Source of the DNA: Octopus vulgaris
Taxonomy: Eukaryota
Assembly: GCA_951406725.2 (NCBI GenBank)
Contig: OX597824.1
Coordinates: 5,828,001 to 5,892,000 of the forward strand
DNA length: 64,000 bases
Reading direction: 5' to 3'
Shown here: positions 1 through 14,869 of the stretch, one piece after another
Layout: each line of letters begins with the position of its first letter
How positions within the stretch are numbered: the stretch's first letter is position 1
Translations under genes and position numbers: made by a program
The notes under the pieces: generated by a model
Database searches by the model: none
What the model was told of the DNA's origin: nothing
Seen by the model: the letters and a program-made list of their open reading frames with translations, nothing else

Positions 1-524
1 TTTTTTTTATTTGGAATGTTTTGATATTGGACTGAATAAAATGCTAGTTTTCTAAAAATAAATGCTCTTTTACTTTCCGTGTTTACTCTTTCAGAAAGTT
101 AACAGGAAACTTATATAGCATGAATACAGCAATGAAAAATCAATAAAAACCAATGTAGTCATGAAATGTTTTTACAAAATCAGCTGGAAAGAATAATTCT
201 ACAGTTTATATGGCGTGCAAAGGCATGTGAGTAGTTTTTTGTTTAATTTCATTTTACAATACCAACAGTGTCGGAGCTATTTCGACAAACATATCTGATT
301 GCAGGGAAACAATTGTCTTACATTATTGATACATGTTTAAATAAACTGTTGAATACTACAGAAACAGTGTACTGTTTCTTTGTTTTTGACGCCTCAGAAC
401 ATGTCAGACGTCATTCAAAAAATGACAGCGTATGCTGTATTTTGTGCGGTTTTGTGAAAATTCCGCCATTAAAATGGATGAAAGTTTTACAATATACAGC
501 ATCTTATTTTCAAGTGGATGGTCT

Positions 525-930
525 TTCTTTTATTCTTTTACTCTTTTACTTGTTTCAGTAATTTGACTATGGCCACGCTGAAGCACCGCCTTTTTTGTCG
601 AGCAAATCGACCCCAGGACTTATTCTTTGTAAGTCTAGTACTTATTCTATCGGACTCTTTTGCCAAACAGCTAATTTACAGGGACGTAAACACACCGGCA
701 TCGGTTGTCAAGCGATGTTGAGGGGACAAACACACACATACATATATATATACATATACATATATACCACGGGCTTCTTTCAGTTTCCGTCTACCAAATC
801 CACTCACAAGGCTTTGGTCAGCCCAAGGCTATAGTAGAAGACACTTGCCCAAGGTGCCACACAGTGGGACTGAACCTGGAACCATGTGGTTGGTAAGCAA
901 GCTACTTACCACACAGCCACTCCTGCGCCT
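525..930 (-). mobile_element. tRNA-headed SINE, family A (octopus-type, CORE-like segment), full length
   Basis: Reverse complement matches the 12525-12899 copy: GGCGCAGGAGTGGCTGTGTGGTAAG head, B-box-like GGTTCAGTCCC, CACCTTGGGCAAGTG CORE-like segment, internal (TA/TG)n, (TAAAAGAG)n tail. Confidence 0.9.
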
Positions 931-1533
931 ATAATAATATTCTTTGGAATACCTTTTGTCACATTTTCAAGACAAAGAAAATTTTTATCGACATTTCGAA
1001 TTTTCATTTTGTGATAGTTTCATATACCGCAATCCAATATAAGGGAACATGTCAAATGAAACCAAAGCAAGCAGATGGAATGAAGGTATTATCGATTAAG
1101 ACGATTTTAAATCGCGACAATGAAGGACGTTGATACCTGAATGAATTCCTTCAAGAAGGGTTAAAAAGAAGTTAAATATGTGATAGAGTAAAATTCTGGC
1201 TGTGTTGCTGCTAAATATACATTTTGATGAAGCTGAGGGTGAATATCGTTCGTTTTCCACGATGCTGATTCAGTTATGTGATCTACTGAATGACCTACTC
1301 ATTTCATAAATGTCTAATGACTGAGTATTCCACAGATAGATGCAAGCGGAATAAACGTGACCCAGCGTGTGGGAAGTGTGTATTATTTTCGATTAAGGTT
1401 TGTTAGAAATCCAACGAGTTTCTGTTCAGTTTTCCTCTACTCATCCACACTCACGAACTGTAAGTCGAACCGAGACCCATATTTAGCGAGTCTAAAAAGC
1501 AGACTTGTTAACCAATAGTCTTTACTGGCCATT

Positions 1534-1565
<32 letters not shown>

Positions 1566-1566
1566 C

Positions 1567-1600
<34 letters not shown>

Positions 1601-1627
1601 GTATCTATCTATCTATCTATCTATCTA

Positions 1628-1664
<37 letters not shown>

Positions 1665-1679
1665 ATCTATCTATCTATC

Positions 1680-1753
<74 letters not shown>

Positions 1754-1766
1754 GTATATATGTATA

Positions 1767-1832
<66 letters not shown>
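1534..1832. repeat. Compound microsatellite (TA)n/(TG)n/(TATC)n
   Basis: Directly visible. Confidence 0.97.
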
Positions 1833-1834
<2 letters not shown>

Positions 1835-1839
1835 GTATT

Positions 1840-2083
1840 ATGGAGATATACTTGCGTACCAAGTTACCAGTTATCAAGTGACCTGATCTGAGACCGTGTC
1901 ATGATGAAACAAAAACAATTGCAGCGTGGAAGGTGTTTATAAACCGTTTATAAAAAATAAAACACACACACACAAAAATTGTTAGATTCACTTCAACATT
2001 AAACATTTTATTTGTGTCAAAATATTTTTGTTATTTTGAAACTGCAACCTGTTCACTGACAAAATAACGCGCTGCATCTGAGA
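1840..2083 (-). mobile_element. Single diverged copy of the Penelope-like terminal repeat also at 53262-53620, with a decayed hammerhead-like motif
   Basis: Shares GGAGAT.TACTTGC..., AACAATTGCAGCGTGGAAGG, GATTCACTTCAACA, CCTGTTCACTGACAAAA and GCTGCATCTGAG with the 53.3 kb element; follows a (TA)n tract. Confidence 0.7.
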
Positions 2084-2102
2084 AAGTAACAGTTAGTTCA
2101 TG

Positions 2103-2104
<2 letters not shown>

Positions 2105-2133
<29 letters not shown>

Positions 2134-2185
2134 TGTATGTATGTATGTATGTATGTATGTATGTGCATGTATGTATGTATGTATA
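2105..2185. repeat. (TATG)n microsatellite
   Basis: Directly visible. Confidence 0.95.
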
Positions 2186-4041
2186 TGTGCATGTAAGCAT
2201 GTTCGTATGCATATGTGTACATGCGTATGCATTCGTATACACCTATACGCATGTATGCCTGTACTTATGTATCCATGTAATTATGTGAATATTTAGGTAT
2301 GTAAGTGTGTCGACGTGTTTGCGTGTGTATATATGTGTATGTACATGCAAACGTGTGATAATGTACTGATATGTGTGTCTGTTCAATTTGTGTATATGAC
2401 TGTTACCCTGTCAGAGGTTGTGTGCGTATATATATATATATATATATATATCCCTCTCATCACCGTCTGACGATGAATAGATACAATGTCTTAGATACAT
2501 ACCTGCAAATATAAACCTGCCTATCCCTAGTCAGAATTGAATTAATATACGCACTTTTAATAGCCTTAGATTTATAAAAAGTACTGGTATTTATTAGATT
2601 TATAACGTGTAAAGAAATCTGGTTGAAGCACCATGTCTAGTGATTCACCAGCATTCTAAGCGAAACCTTGTGGTTCTAATGCAATAACATCTTGCTGAAT
2701 ATTTTCTTGCGTGCCATTTGACTGCGTACCTTCTATTTGTTATACACCAGTATTTCATGTAAAATATGATAAGCAGTTTATCTAACAACATCCGGATTCA
2801 CTTACTCCTCTCTTAGACTGATTTAAATACCAAACGTAGGCTATTGCTTCCTGTTTTTCGGGTACCTTTTAATAGAAAGTATTATTTAAGAGCTTTAAAT
2901 GTGCAGTACTTGACATGGTCTGAGATCTTTTTAAAATCGAAGCGAATATATAGTGGCAGAGCCATTTATGAAAACACGAAATTGCTAAATTCATTTCAAA
3001 ATTTCATTTATTTGAAGAGATATCAAAAACTTATGCGATGAAAATTTTGACATCTCATGAAGTACAATTTGAATTTTAAATGAATTTAAAGGCCCTTTCT
3101 AATATTAAGTGACACGATCATGACGATTAATTAGTAAAAATGTGCTTCAGAATGGAAAATGTTTAATTGTTTAAATTTAATCACTCTAGGAGAAAAACAA
3201 AACAAAACATTTTGTAACATGAATATTCATTTTTAAAAAATACAACAACCATTATAGCAAGTGATACATAGTTGTGATTTTTGCACACAGTTTACACAAA
3301 GATTCACGGCAGAAGCTATAGCCGTATATCAGAATTTTAATACTGAATGACATCCTTTAACAAGGGAACAAAAGACAGTTTGAATAAACATTGTCAGCGA
3401 GTGCTGCTTCATTGAAAACGTTTTCTTCTTCGCTTACGATCAGTGTTGCTCGCAGAAAGTGTAAAAAGTCTATAAAATTTATTTGACATTTGCAATTCAA
3501 AGAAACCTCCGTTAACATATTGCTCCTGACAAAAGACGAACCGAATATTTCTTTAGGTGACGGATATTAGTTTTCTTGTTGCTGCTGTTTGGTCGTTTAT
3601 TTATTCTCACAAGCACTACAATGAAAAAAAAACAAAAAAAAAAAAACAACATTTGTGTTACAGTCAGGTTGAATATGCAAAGTGTCTAGTGTTCCGTCAC
3701 AATTATTTCCCTTAGTGTTTTATTGAAAATCTCTGTTGCTAAAGGACGCACAAGCCCTTTGCACCCGCCTATCTTTTTATATGGAAACGTATTCTCTCCT
3801 TCTGTCCTCCTTTCCTCTCATGTGCATACACACACATATACGCATACACATAAACACACACACATACACCTATACATACACACATATGTGGGACGAGAAG
3901 GATATTGGAACAGGTGTGATACACATATCTATGAATAAATGTGTGAACACTCATGCACGTATGCATGTAGGTCTATGTATACACACACATACATATTACT
4001 ATCTCTTTCTCCTTCTCTGTATATATATATATAATATGATG

Positions 4042-4073
<32 letters not shown>

Positions 4074-4087
4074 AGTGTATGTGTGTG

Positions 4088-4126
<39 letters not shown>

Positions 4127-4925
4127 TTATAGCTATGCCTACTTATACCTGCATGGGAACACGCACACACACATAAAAACACATATAATGTATTTATGGT
4201 ATGTATGTAAGCATACACCTACATATATAACCTGTACACATAACACATAATCGACATAAATATGTAAGAGATCAAATGATAGGCGCTTTATCAAAGCCGT
4301 TACGAATTTGACTTGGAAAAGTAAATACAGTCAGACATAATGAGTGATAGTCAACGAAACACAACAAGCATTCAACGTTAACCATCGTTCAAATAACCTC
4401 ACGTCACCGTAGAATGTTTATATGAGAAAACATCTGCTTCAACGCAAACATAGGAAACACATAACAATATTTTATATCATAATTTTATTTATGAAGAATT
4501 TACTGTAGCATAATATTTTCCTACTAAAATATTATTTTGGCAGCATATATAAAGTCTATTCGGTCAGAAACTGATAAAAGGTAGGTCGTACTTTAAGGCA
4601 ATCGCATCCTACACATTTACAGCTGCGTTGAGTTGTATAGAAATGCAACGATATAGAAACGTAACACATTTGTCATGAAATATAATACAGGTGTCTACAC
4701 ACACTCATATATATTTATATAACACAATAATACATCTACATACATACATGCATACGTATGTAGATATATTATTTTGTTATATAAACATTTGTAAGTGTGT
4801 GTAGATGTCTAAACACAATCGATTACGTATATATATTTCGTTCTCTCCGAGAAGGACAAACATTTATATTTCATGACAAATGTATTAAATTTCTATATCC
4901 TTGCACTTTTATACAACTCCAGACA

Positions 4926-4975
4926 ACTCTTTTACTCTTTTACTTGTTTCAGTGATTTGACTGCGGCCATGCTGT
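4926..4975 (-). mobile_element. SINE family A 3'-end fragment
   Basis: CTCTTTTACTCTTTTACTTGTTTCAGT.ATTTGACTGCGGCCATGCTG matches the family A tail. Confidence 0.85.
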
Positions 4976-5219
4976 TTCGTAACTTAAAAATGTAAATAAT
5001 TTATATCATTATATTTGATAACAAATGAAGCACTTACACGCCTGCATTAATGCAAAATACAGATCATATATCAAAACAGTGCCTAGAATCGTCTAGCCTC
5101 AGCCCAACCTGTCCTCCGCAAGTCCACCCTATCAACTTCCGATATCCCAGTAAGTGTCGACCGTGGTGATGGCAACGCTTAACACGGATTCCGGATTTAG
5201 TTCTGAAAAGAAAGTCTGC

Positions 5220-6039
5220 GAAATGGTTACTGCATCCCAGGAGCGCAGCAGACGCTTTAATTATCCACTTACAGCACGAGGAGGTAATAACGAAATATAA
5301 CGACGAATTATTCTGTCAAAGACCCGTGAACCGAACGAGAATTCTTCAATGAACGACCGGCAGGCAAGTCTGGTGTGAGCAGCAGTGGTGATATCAAACC
5401 CTGTAACGAATAGGTATACATGGGTCCATAACTTTCAGCCAGAATACATAAACCGAGAATAGATTGGAAACATCTGGAATCGTCAGCGAAAGAGAAATTC
5501 AAGACTTAACCTTCTGCAGAGAAAAGTGTTGCTAACCATTTTTGAGGACACGAAATAGCCTATACAGGAACATTATTGGAAGAAATAACCTATAATCACC
5601 AATGTAGGCTACAGTGAAATACTAACCGCGAAATTGGAACCAACAATTGGCACCAAACGCTGAGGTCTATAGTCGAAACAACTGTTAGTGTTGCACGAAA
5701 ATGCGCGGCTACATACAGCTCAGCTCAGGTTGAATCCATTGAAAAACTGGGTTTAAAATTGCTGGAACACTCTGCCTAAACTCCGGATCTGGCCCTCCCG
5801 ACTATCATAACTTTGGATCGCCTAGCTATCCTTTACAGTGTCGTCAATTTTTTACAAAAGAAGAAACGCAGGAATCAATGCATAAACGACTCCACTTCTG
5901 TCCGAGGAAACCTTGCTCGAAGACATGCATCAAGAAATAAGAGAACTCTGTCGAAAACAGGTGTAATTGTCAAAGCTTTTCGTTTGTTTTAATAAGTTGC
6001 AGAAACCAGAATATGTATATTTTTTACTTATCCTCGTAT
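5220..6039 (+). mobile_element. Decayed mariner (DD34D-type) transposon
   Basis: Broken frames give VLHENARLHTA (cf. LLHDNARPH) and LKLLEHSA*TPDLA..DYH (cf. LxHPPYSPDLAPSDYH); ends in TIR-like TTTTTACTTATCCTCGTA; 5' boundary approximate. Confidence 0.75.
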
Positions 6040-6129
6040 ATATAATAAACATATACACGACACTAATTCTAAGTATTTCAAATGGTTAAATAAAAAGACC
6101 TTTCATACTTCTTACTATTTTATGGTACA

Positions 6130-6340
6130 TTATTTACATTATTTTCTATTGACGGATATTTGTCCTCATCTTTTTTGTTGTTGACACAACGATTCATCTA
6201 ATATGCTCTCCAGTCTTCATTCAGATCAAGGCTGGGGGGTATAACAGCTGAAACTTTATGTTAACAACAAACAAGATGAGGACAAATATCCGTCAATTGA
6301 AACTAATGCACATAATTCCTCATCTCTTAAATATAGAACT
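6130..6340. mobile_element. Inverted duplication of a Penelope-like terminal repeat with degenerate hammerhead-like cores at the axis
   Basis: ATTGACGGATATTTGTCCTCATCTT (6148-6172) is the exact reverse complement of 6273-6297; inner arms align loosely; + strand reads CAGATCA-A-GGCTG..CAGCT-GAAA. Confidence 0.6.
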
Positions 6341-6417
6341 ATATTATTTTATGGTACTCATAATGAATGTATGTATGTATGTATGTATGTATGTATGTAT
6401 GTATGTATGTATGTATG

Positions 6418-6449
<32 letters not shown>

Positions 6450-6577
6450 CATTCAGGGCAAGCATAATATCTTGTCTCATTCACTCTTTGCATAGAATAT
6501 AATAACTCCAAGACTTCCTGTTTTCAGATCTGTATTCTAAGTTACCTGAAAATTTTTTAACCTACCAGTTCTGTGAG

Positions 6578-6611
<34 letters not shown>

Positions 6612-6950
6612 CACACACGTACACACACACCCAGAAACACATACAAACACAGATATATACACATATAGACGCATATAGGCATACATGCACATACATACAC
6701 ACTACATACATACACACATAACATACAAGCACATACATATACACACAATCCAAGTATTATTCATACTCCCTAGCAACCACATAAGTAGTATTAACAGAAG
6801 CTTTATTATAGTCAATGGGTAATATACGGCAATCTTTCCAACGCAATTATGTGTTCCCATGCAATTCTTCAAAGCACATTTGTTATTAATGTGCATTTAA
6901 AAGAAGAAAGCACAAATGACATACTGATGGTATTAGAGTCATTACTATAT

Positions 6951-7320
<370 letters not shown>

Positions 7321-7905
7321 ATTTATTGTGTGTGCGTGTGTGTGATATACACACACATTTACTGAAGCATGTACAATATTACTATTTCTTTACTTCACAA
7401 AAGAAATGCTTGGTCTGACCTCACGACGTTCGTATTATTGGTATTCTGCTACTAGAACTTCCATTGCTAACACCGTTCTCAGGTTGTGTCTGATACTTTT
7501 TCTAAAATATAAGGAATTATTTGCCGATATTCTAGTAATTATCTTTTTTCTACTTCATTGAATCTATGAGGGAAATCCTAACTAAACCATGTCTTTCACC
7601 TCCTTATAATCACGGTTTCCTTCTGTTTCATAAAACGATAAGCTCTTATTTGAAGGGCATTTGGTTACTATTTAAGCAGAATCAGGTACCAAGCAGTAAT
7701 AATAATAATAACATGAATAACTGCGAGACGTATTGGCTCGTAATTATTCAGGATATAAGATAGATGTTGGATACAAGATAAAATATGTTGGAACAGGTTT
7801 AACACACATATATATGAATACATGTGTGCACACACATACACGTATACATGTAAGTCTATGTATACACACACATAGATATAACTATCTCTTTCTCTCTCTC
7901 TGTAC

Positions 7906-7946
<41 letters not shown>

Positions 7947-7962
7947 GCATGTATATATATAA

Positions 7963-8024
<62 letters not shown>

Positions 8025-8164
8025 TATATATATGTATATATAGTGTGTAAATATATATATATATATACATATATATGTGTATATATGTGTATTATTATAT
8101 ATTACATTAGTATTAGTATTAGTAGTAGTAGTAGTAGTAGTATGTTGGGTAGAAATTTGCTTTA

Positions 8165-8388
8165 TTAATATTGGTTTCAAATTTTTGCAGAAGGCCAGCA
8201 ATTTGGGGGGACGGGATAAGTCGATTACATCGACCCCAATGCTCAACTTCTACTTATTTGATCGACCCCGAAAAAAAAATGAAAGGTAAAATTGACTTCG
8301 GTAAAATTTGGAGTAAGAATGTAATGGCGGATAAATGCCGCCGCTAAACATTTTGTTCGGCGCCCAAACGATTCTGCCAGCTCGTCGC
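8165..8388 (-). mobile_element. tRNA-headed SINE family B, older subfamily (..AAATTTGAAACCAATA tail)
   Basis: Reverse complement has the GACGAGCTGGCAGAATCG head, TGGGGTCGATGTAATCGACTTA and the AAAAATTTGAAACCAATA tail. Confidence 0.8.
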
Positions 8389-9479
8389 ATAATTTGATTA
8401 ATAAAACAATTGCTGGTGTTGACTCTTTCAGCGTCACAGTCTCCACCAAACACCGTGCAAATATGAGAGTAGAAAATTGCATGATTTATTTTGCCGAAGG
8501 AAAGTTGCTCACTTTGTACTTCCATTTTATTGTTCCTGTTTTCTCCATTTTCTGTTCTCCTTATAAATATGAGACACGCATATTAAATATTTTTTCGAAG
8601 TGGAAAAATTTAATTTTCGAAGTGGAAAAATTTAATTTTCGAAGACAGAAAACCTAAAAGTGTGAACCCTGCAGGGCAAGATACTATTCAACATCAAGCA
8701 CCCTATACCAATGACTACTTCTGCAATAGGACAAACATTGCAAATGGATAAAATAAATTAATTTGGAATGCCAACAGCAGATACAAAAAAAAACTTGCAA
8801 CTTATGACTAACTATAAAATCTTCTAACTTCGACACAAAGCTTCCAGCTTGAAGTGAAATTAAATCGTCCCCATTTATGTTATTTTATTACATTTGTTCT
8901 GGTATTCTGTTATATCGACACAGATATAATGAAAGGCAAACTTGAACTTGACATAATTTCAGCGCCAAACATAAAGAGTCGGAAGAAGGACAGCAAGATT
9001 TTTATTTCCTGGCGTTTAATTGTTTCAGTCAAATCTTGAAATAACAACCGTTTCTTATATGAGTACAGGGCTAAATGTTTGAAAGTGAACCATCCTGCCC
9101 GATTTTGCTTTTGCGGTCTCTGTAGCTCTAGAATGCCGATTCTGTCTTGTATGTCACAAAGGGCGCTGCCACACATGAACAGATGATTATTTTTGGCGGC
9201 ACCATAACAACTTTTATTTCGGCTACCTTACCATAAGGTCGGTTGGGATGAGGATAAGTTCGCCTGCCTTTCGAGTCGTTATGGAGTGCTTCCTGGCACC
9301 ATCCTTCTTGGAAGTCTCACACTACTGTGTTGTACATTTTCCCCTCTGTCTGTGTGTTTTAGTACCAAAGATTGATCTGATGTCTTTTGAATTCGCTGCT
9401 GTATCACCTGTCGATTCATCCTTCCTCTCAGCTATTGAACTCGTCGATTGGCCTATGAAATCTCCAATGAATTAAAACT

Positions 9480-12400
9480 TTTTTCTAAACTAGAACCAAA
9501 TAAAAAAGATTTTCTATGTTGAAAATTACAAAAGATCTGTCTGTGTGCCGGTGAAGAATTGAAAACATATAACGAGCAGCTGTTAAAACGGATGAAGGAT
9601 GGAACTAAAAAAGGAAGAGTAAGAGATACAGGAAAAGAGAAAGGAAATTTCATTCTTGAAAACTTAAATACAAAATACGTACATTTTAAAGCAACAAGGT
9701 TTTTCAAATTCTATGTCAGTAGGATTTATTAATTGCCGACAAAATCGATGCAATAACAGAGTATGCTATAGGAACGGTTTTTGTTAGGGTAAGATAAATA
9801 TATTTGGAGGAAAAATGAAAGAAAATTAATCGATATAGTAAAAGTGAATTAAGAAACAGAATATACACTTTCAGAAAATAATTGCTAGGTCAACAAATTA
9901 AATATATAAATATAACATCAGAAAAGGTGAGAACGAAATTGAAATTTTTGAAAAGATTAAAATAGTATAAACCATTCATCCTTTAAGATTTCGTCATCAA
10001 TAAACAGAAGAGATTATGGAAACAATCGTGGGATGAGAGAAGATAAAATCTAAAGCTAGAAAAGTAGAAATGCTGTGTTTACAGAAAATGGAAGTAATGA
10101 GGGTTTAGGCTGAATGTATTTGAACTGTTAAGTGATCTGACAACAGGAAGCGATAAATCAATGAATTTTTTGGCGAATGTACAGGAAAACTAAATCATAA
10201 TGATAAAGGTGGTAGTTTAACAGATTGTTTAAATAGGAAGACCAAAATTATGGACACTTTTGTAAGCTGGAAAGACGTTTAAGAGATTTGAATTTAGGGG
10301 TGCAGCAAAATTTGTAATTTCTGGTTTCTCGTTATTTTTTTTTTACCTGTTTCAAGCCATTATATTGTAAGCATTGCATCATCTTTGGGAGTAAAAACTG
10401 CTCAGTATCGTTGATGTTGACATTGAGCGAGATTGAAACAGTCAGCTGACAGGGATTTTCTATATTTTGTTTTTCTAGAAAGTTTTCTTCAGCTGTGACC
10501 CGTTCGAACTGATGTTGCCAATAAAATAACTGGATATTTGTTGGTGTTTAACAGCATAAAATATTCAGCTATCAATATTCTTCACAACCATCATTCATTT
10601 CTCTGTTGGATTCCAAGACAAACTTTTGCCACTCTGACGTCAATTTTCAAAACCATGATAGCTAAAGTGGCATAAAAGCGGTACTAAGTTCCATAATTTC
10701 TTCTCTTTAACTGAATGATGCGTAAATATATCAGTAAAAGAACCATTGCAGCCGATGGTGAAGAGGTTACAGAGAATATATTGAGTCAACTTCTGTTCAT
10801 TAATATCATGTGCCATTTTTCTACGACCCTTTTTCATTTGAGCAACATGTTTTTAAATTTTTGTTACATTTCCGATCTTTATGATATTTAAGGATGGATA
10901 CCCACTATATTTTCAAACGTGATTCTGGAGAAATGAAGAGGAAAATTTACTTGATTTTATCTTAATCGTCTTAACTTTATTTATCTGTAGTCTACTGAAA
11001 AAGAACGGAGATCATTTTCTGAAAGAGTTCCGAGTGTATTACAGCGTCTTAATACATTTAGAGAGGATCACCTCTTTGCTTATATAGATTTTGTAACGCA
11101 GTGAACACTTGGAAAAGATTTTTGTTTTTTCTCAAACTTAAAAATGCTGTAAATATTACTCACTGTGCCCAACGTCATTTAAAGGAAATTTATCTGCGTC
11201 AGTTACTATTGATATTCAACCCTACGTTGCGCAGACTCTTTGTTGAGAATGGTAAGCAAGTAATGAATAGACGTAAAAGTAGAAGAATATTTGAGAAACG
11301 AGTTAGATTTTCACGTGGTGGACAATACTTGTTACATGCGGACTGCTGAGAAATATATCAGACGTGAAGACGGAAACCACTATCAAAACCTGACTGAAAC
11401 TTTCTGTGACTAACACACGTAGAGTGTATAGAACCATTTAATCCAGAATAGAATGAAACTTAAGCATATCTTAGCTATGGGCCAGATAAAAGGAATAAAT
11501 ATCTATAATGATTTCAGTAGAAATCAATATCCCGAGGAAACGTCTTGAAAAACACGTGCGTTTCCATAGAATTCTTTTAAGATTTCGCAGTTGCAGAGTT
11601 GTTCCGGTGACTGGGTTTCTGACGAGCGGAGTTTTATTGAGCAAATCAGTTCTATAAGTTTGGGATGGAATAATTAAGAAAATCTTTAGAGATCATCTCC
11701 TTTCGACTGTCAAGAAAGAGTTGCATGTTTATTCATGACAACGTAACGGTGAATTAGTTTTATAAAGAATACGAATGCGTAGTATATACGTTGCGGAGGC
11801 ATATCAAGTATCAATGAGAAAGTGGGTATCGGTAACTAGTTCAGAGAACAGAGAAACGAGAGTTGAAAAGAAATAGATCAGGAACGAATACTGTTCAAAT
11901 CAATAAGAAGAATGTACTATATCAAAAAAATAAATATGGAATTTGGTTTTAAAACATCAGAATGAGTGGTGATACAAAATACTGTACATGGTAAATTTTT
12001 TCAATGAGAATACCCACCACCCAGTAATTCAAAATGAAACTGAAAGTACACTGCAAGGTACTTCAGAGTTCTCTTAAAACGTACCATAGGTGTTTTAAAT
12101 AACTGAAAGAAACTGTTTTCATCAATTGAGTACAGAAAAGAAATAACTGAAACAAAAGGAAATTGAAAACTGCCAAATGATAACTTGTACAGAACGTATT
12201 AGAGAGGAAATTCAATATATCTTATCTGCTTGGGTGAAAATATTTGATTGAGGATTAAATTTATCATAAATGATAAGTTAGAGAAATCCTTTTGGGGATT
12301 TAAAAAATATCGGAGAGAGACAGAAATAGTCGGTTTCAGAGATCATATGGAAAATGAAATGAAACGGGATTTAAATGTGAGATTGGAAATCCAGCTGCAA
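9480..12400 (+). mobile_element. Possible highly decayed retroelement (Penelope-like ORF relic)
   Basis: Purine-biased, higher-complexity stretch with fragmentary peptides loosely like Penelope RT/GIY-YIG C-termini (KKYRRETEI..RDLNVRLE); no diagnostic motif intact. Confidence 0.2.
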
Positions 12401-12524
12401 CAATACGAATTTAACATTTTCAAACAAATACTGATCATCTATATCATATATTGTTCTACTGATATATGTATTGGAAGAAGTGATGATCATACATACATAC
12501 AAATATATATACATACATAGACAC

Positions 12525-12899
12525 AGGCGTAGGAGTGGCTGTGTGGTAAGTAGCTTGCTTACGAACCACATGGTTCCGGGTTCAGTCCCACTGCGTGGCA
12601 CCTTAGGCAATGGTCTTCTAATATTGCCTCGAGCCGACCACGGCGTTGTGAGCGGATTTAGTTGATGGAAACTGAAAGAAGACCGTCGTATATATGGATA
12701 TGTGTGTGTGTGTGTGTGTCTGTGTTTGTCCCCCCAACATAGCTTGAAAACCGATGCTGGTGTGTTTACGCCCCCGTAACTTAGCGGTTCGGCAAAAGAG
12801 ACCGATAGAATAAGTATTAGGCTTATTTGTTCGACTGAAGGGGATGCTCCAGCATGGCTACAGTCAAATGACTGAAACAATTAAAAGAGATAAAAGAGA
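12525..12899 (+). mobile_element. SINE family A, full length
   Basis: A-box-like TGGCTGTGTGG, B-box-like GGTTCAGTCCC, internal (TG)n, TAAAAGAG tail; ATATATACATACA on both sides (possible TSD). Confidence 0.92.
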
Positions 12900-13262
12900 A
12901 AACATATATACATACAAGCTTACCTACCTACCTACATAAATACATACATGTATACAAACTTAAAAACGTACGTACATACATACATTCACACATACATAGA
13001 TGTGTGTGTATGTATATTCTGGATTCGTTATACCATTGAAATGAACTATAAAGAAAAAGCGAATGACAAAACATCACAGCATGACAGCTTCGGTCAAAAT
13101 GTAAAACAATTTAAACATCATTACATTGAATGGCGGCGAAAAATATGGGTAAATTTATGTAAGTTGGGACTTTCTGTATTAATTCATGCGGTTGTGCATG
13201 CGCATAACGTTTGCGTATATAGATACGTGCGTAAAGAGTCATAAGTTATGGACGTGTGCATG

Positions 13263-13317
<55 letters not shown>

Positions 13318-14230
13318 AAATGTGTATATATTTGTATGGATATGTATAAATTTGCGTGCGTATATGCTTGTGTATGTATGCTGATGGCGTCTGTATACCC
13401 ACACATTCACACATCCAAAGAAAGATTTAAAAAATATCCTGACAGTTGAAGTGAAAGGTTCAGATAAAAATCTATTTACATTTATTGGAAAAGTGGGAAG
13501 ACCTTTCTTCTAAAGTACTCGGAGACATTTTGTACAAAAACAATAAAAAGAAACAACAAAAAACAACAACAAAGAAAATCAATTATAATACGCATATACA
13601 TTAAAGGGCGATACTGGAGAGGTTCAATAGTCAGGACCTAGATAAAGAATGTAGCAATTTATTTAATGTTGTAAATAGAATAAATAACAGTTGTGGTGTG
13701 TATTTTATATTCAGAATATATAATGATTAAGGCCATTTATGAGCAAAGGATCATCAAAATTGCCACTGTAGATATTATTCTTACTAGCCATCATGGCACC
13801 CTGCTGTATCATATTTAATCAGTAATGCATGCTCTTTCTATAATCCGCCACAGCTCTTCGCGTGTAAGTATCAAGTGCTTCTGTGTTCCTTTGAGCTGCT
13901 AATAACAACCGCAAATGTTCTTTGAATCATAGTTTTGCTTTCGAATTATGTGTTTCTGGTTTACTTGCATAAAATAAATATATCAGATGATCACGGCTGA
14001 ATGACTTCGTATATGTTCGGTCAGAGATGGATTCGGTCTAAGCAGCAACAACTGCATATGATTCTACTCAGAATATTCTAACCTAATCCTAAGGAATTAC
14101 TGGATTTCGTTTGTGAAACGCACTGTTAAATTCGAACACATTTTCATTGAGGCTAAATGTAATACAGAAAAAAGGGGCCAACGCCAAATATTATCAATAC
14201 TTAATGGTTAAGTGTTTTTAAAGGATTACA

Positions 14231-14411
14231 TTCTTTTACTTTCTTTTACTTGTTTTAGTCGAGCAGATCGACACCCAGGACTTATTCTTTGTAAGCCTAG
14301 TACTTATTCTATCGGTCTCATTTGCCGAACCGCTAAGTAACAGGGACGTAAACACAGCAGCATCAGTTGTGAAGCAATGCTGGGACACACACACACGTAT
14401 ATATATATCTA

Positions 14412-14479
<68 letters not shown>

Positions 14480-14631
14480 TATACGACAGACGTCTTTCAG
14501 TTTCCGTCTACCAAATCCACTCACAAGGCTTTGGTCGGCCCGAGGTTATAGTATAAGAATGTTGCCCAAAGTGTCACGCGGTGGGACTCAACACGGAACC
14601 ATGTGATTGATAAGCAAGCTACTTACCACAC
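14231..14631 (-). mobile_element. SINE family A, with a 3' internal deletion and expanded internal (TA)n
   Basis: Colinear with other family A copies; lacks the CATTTGACTGCGGCCATGCTGGAGCACCGCC block. Confidence 0.88.
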
Positions 14632-14869
14632 TATATTCTCACGTATTCATGAACACAAACACAACTTACAAGATTAGATGAACAATATATTGTTACAAAG
14701 CAGAAAGGTTATCAAAACAGTCAGAGTAATAATGTATTCGGTTTTCCAGTTGGAAAAATTGTGTACTGAGGTTTATATATTGTTTCTCTATGGATAATGA
14801 CTTCATGCATAGGAAAGAGACTGACAGCCAAGCAAGTAACGAGGGCAAGTAACGCTTCCAGAATATAAA

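Noticed and set aside
95-560. Apparent exon-intron-exon pattern (TTTCAG|..|GTGAGT..CAACAG|) and the peptide QLERIILQFIWRAK resembling L1/Tx1 ORF2
   Set aside because: Stops in all three frames of the first segment, the implied intron is only ~40 nt, and the peptide match is too short
1187-1245. Signal-peptide-like SKILAVLLLNIHFDEAEG followed by GTGAAT
   Set aside because: In-frame stops immediately upstream, no pyrimidine tract and no downstream partner exon identified
8592-8644. 22-bp tandem duplication TTTTCGAAGTGGAAAAATTTAA
   Set aside because: Ordinary slippage duplication, as at ~41268 and ~59540
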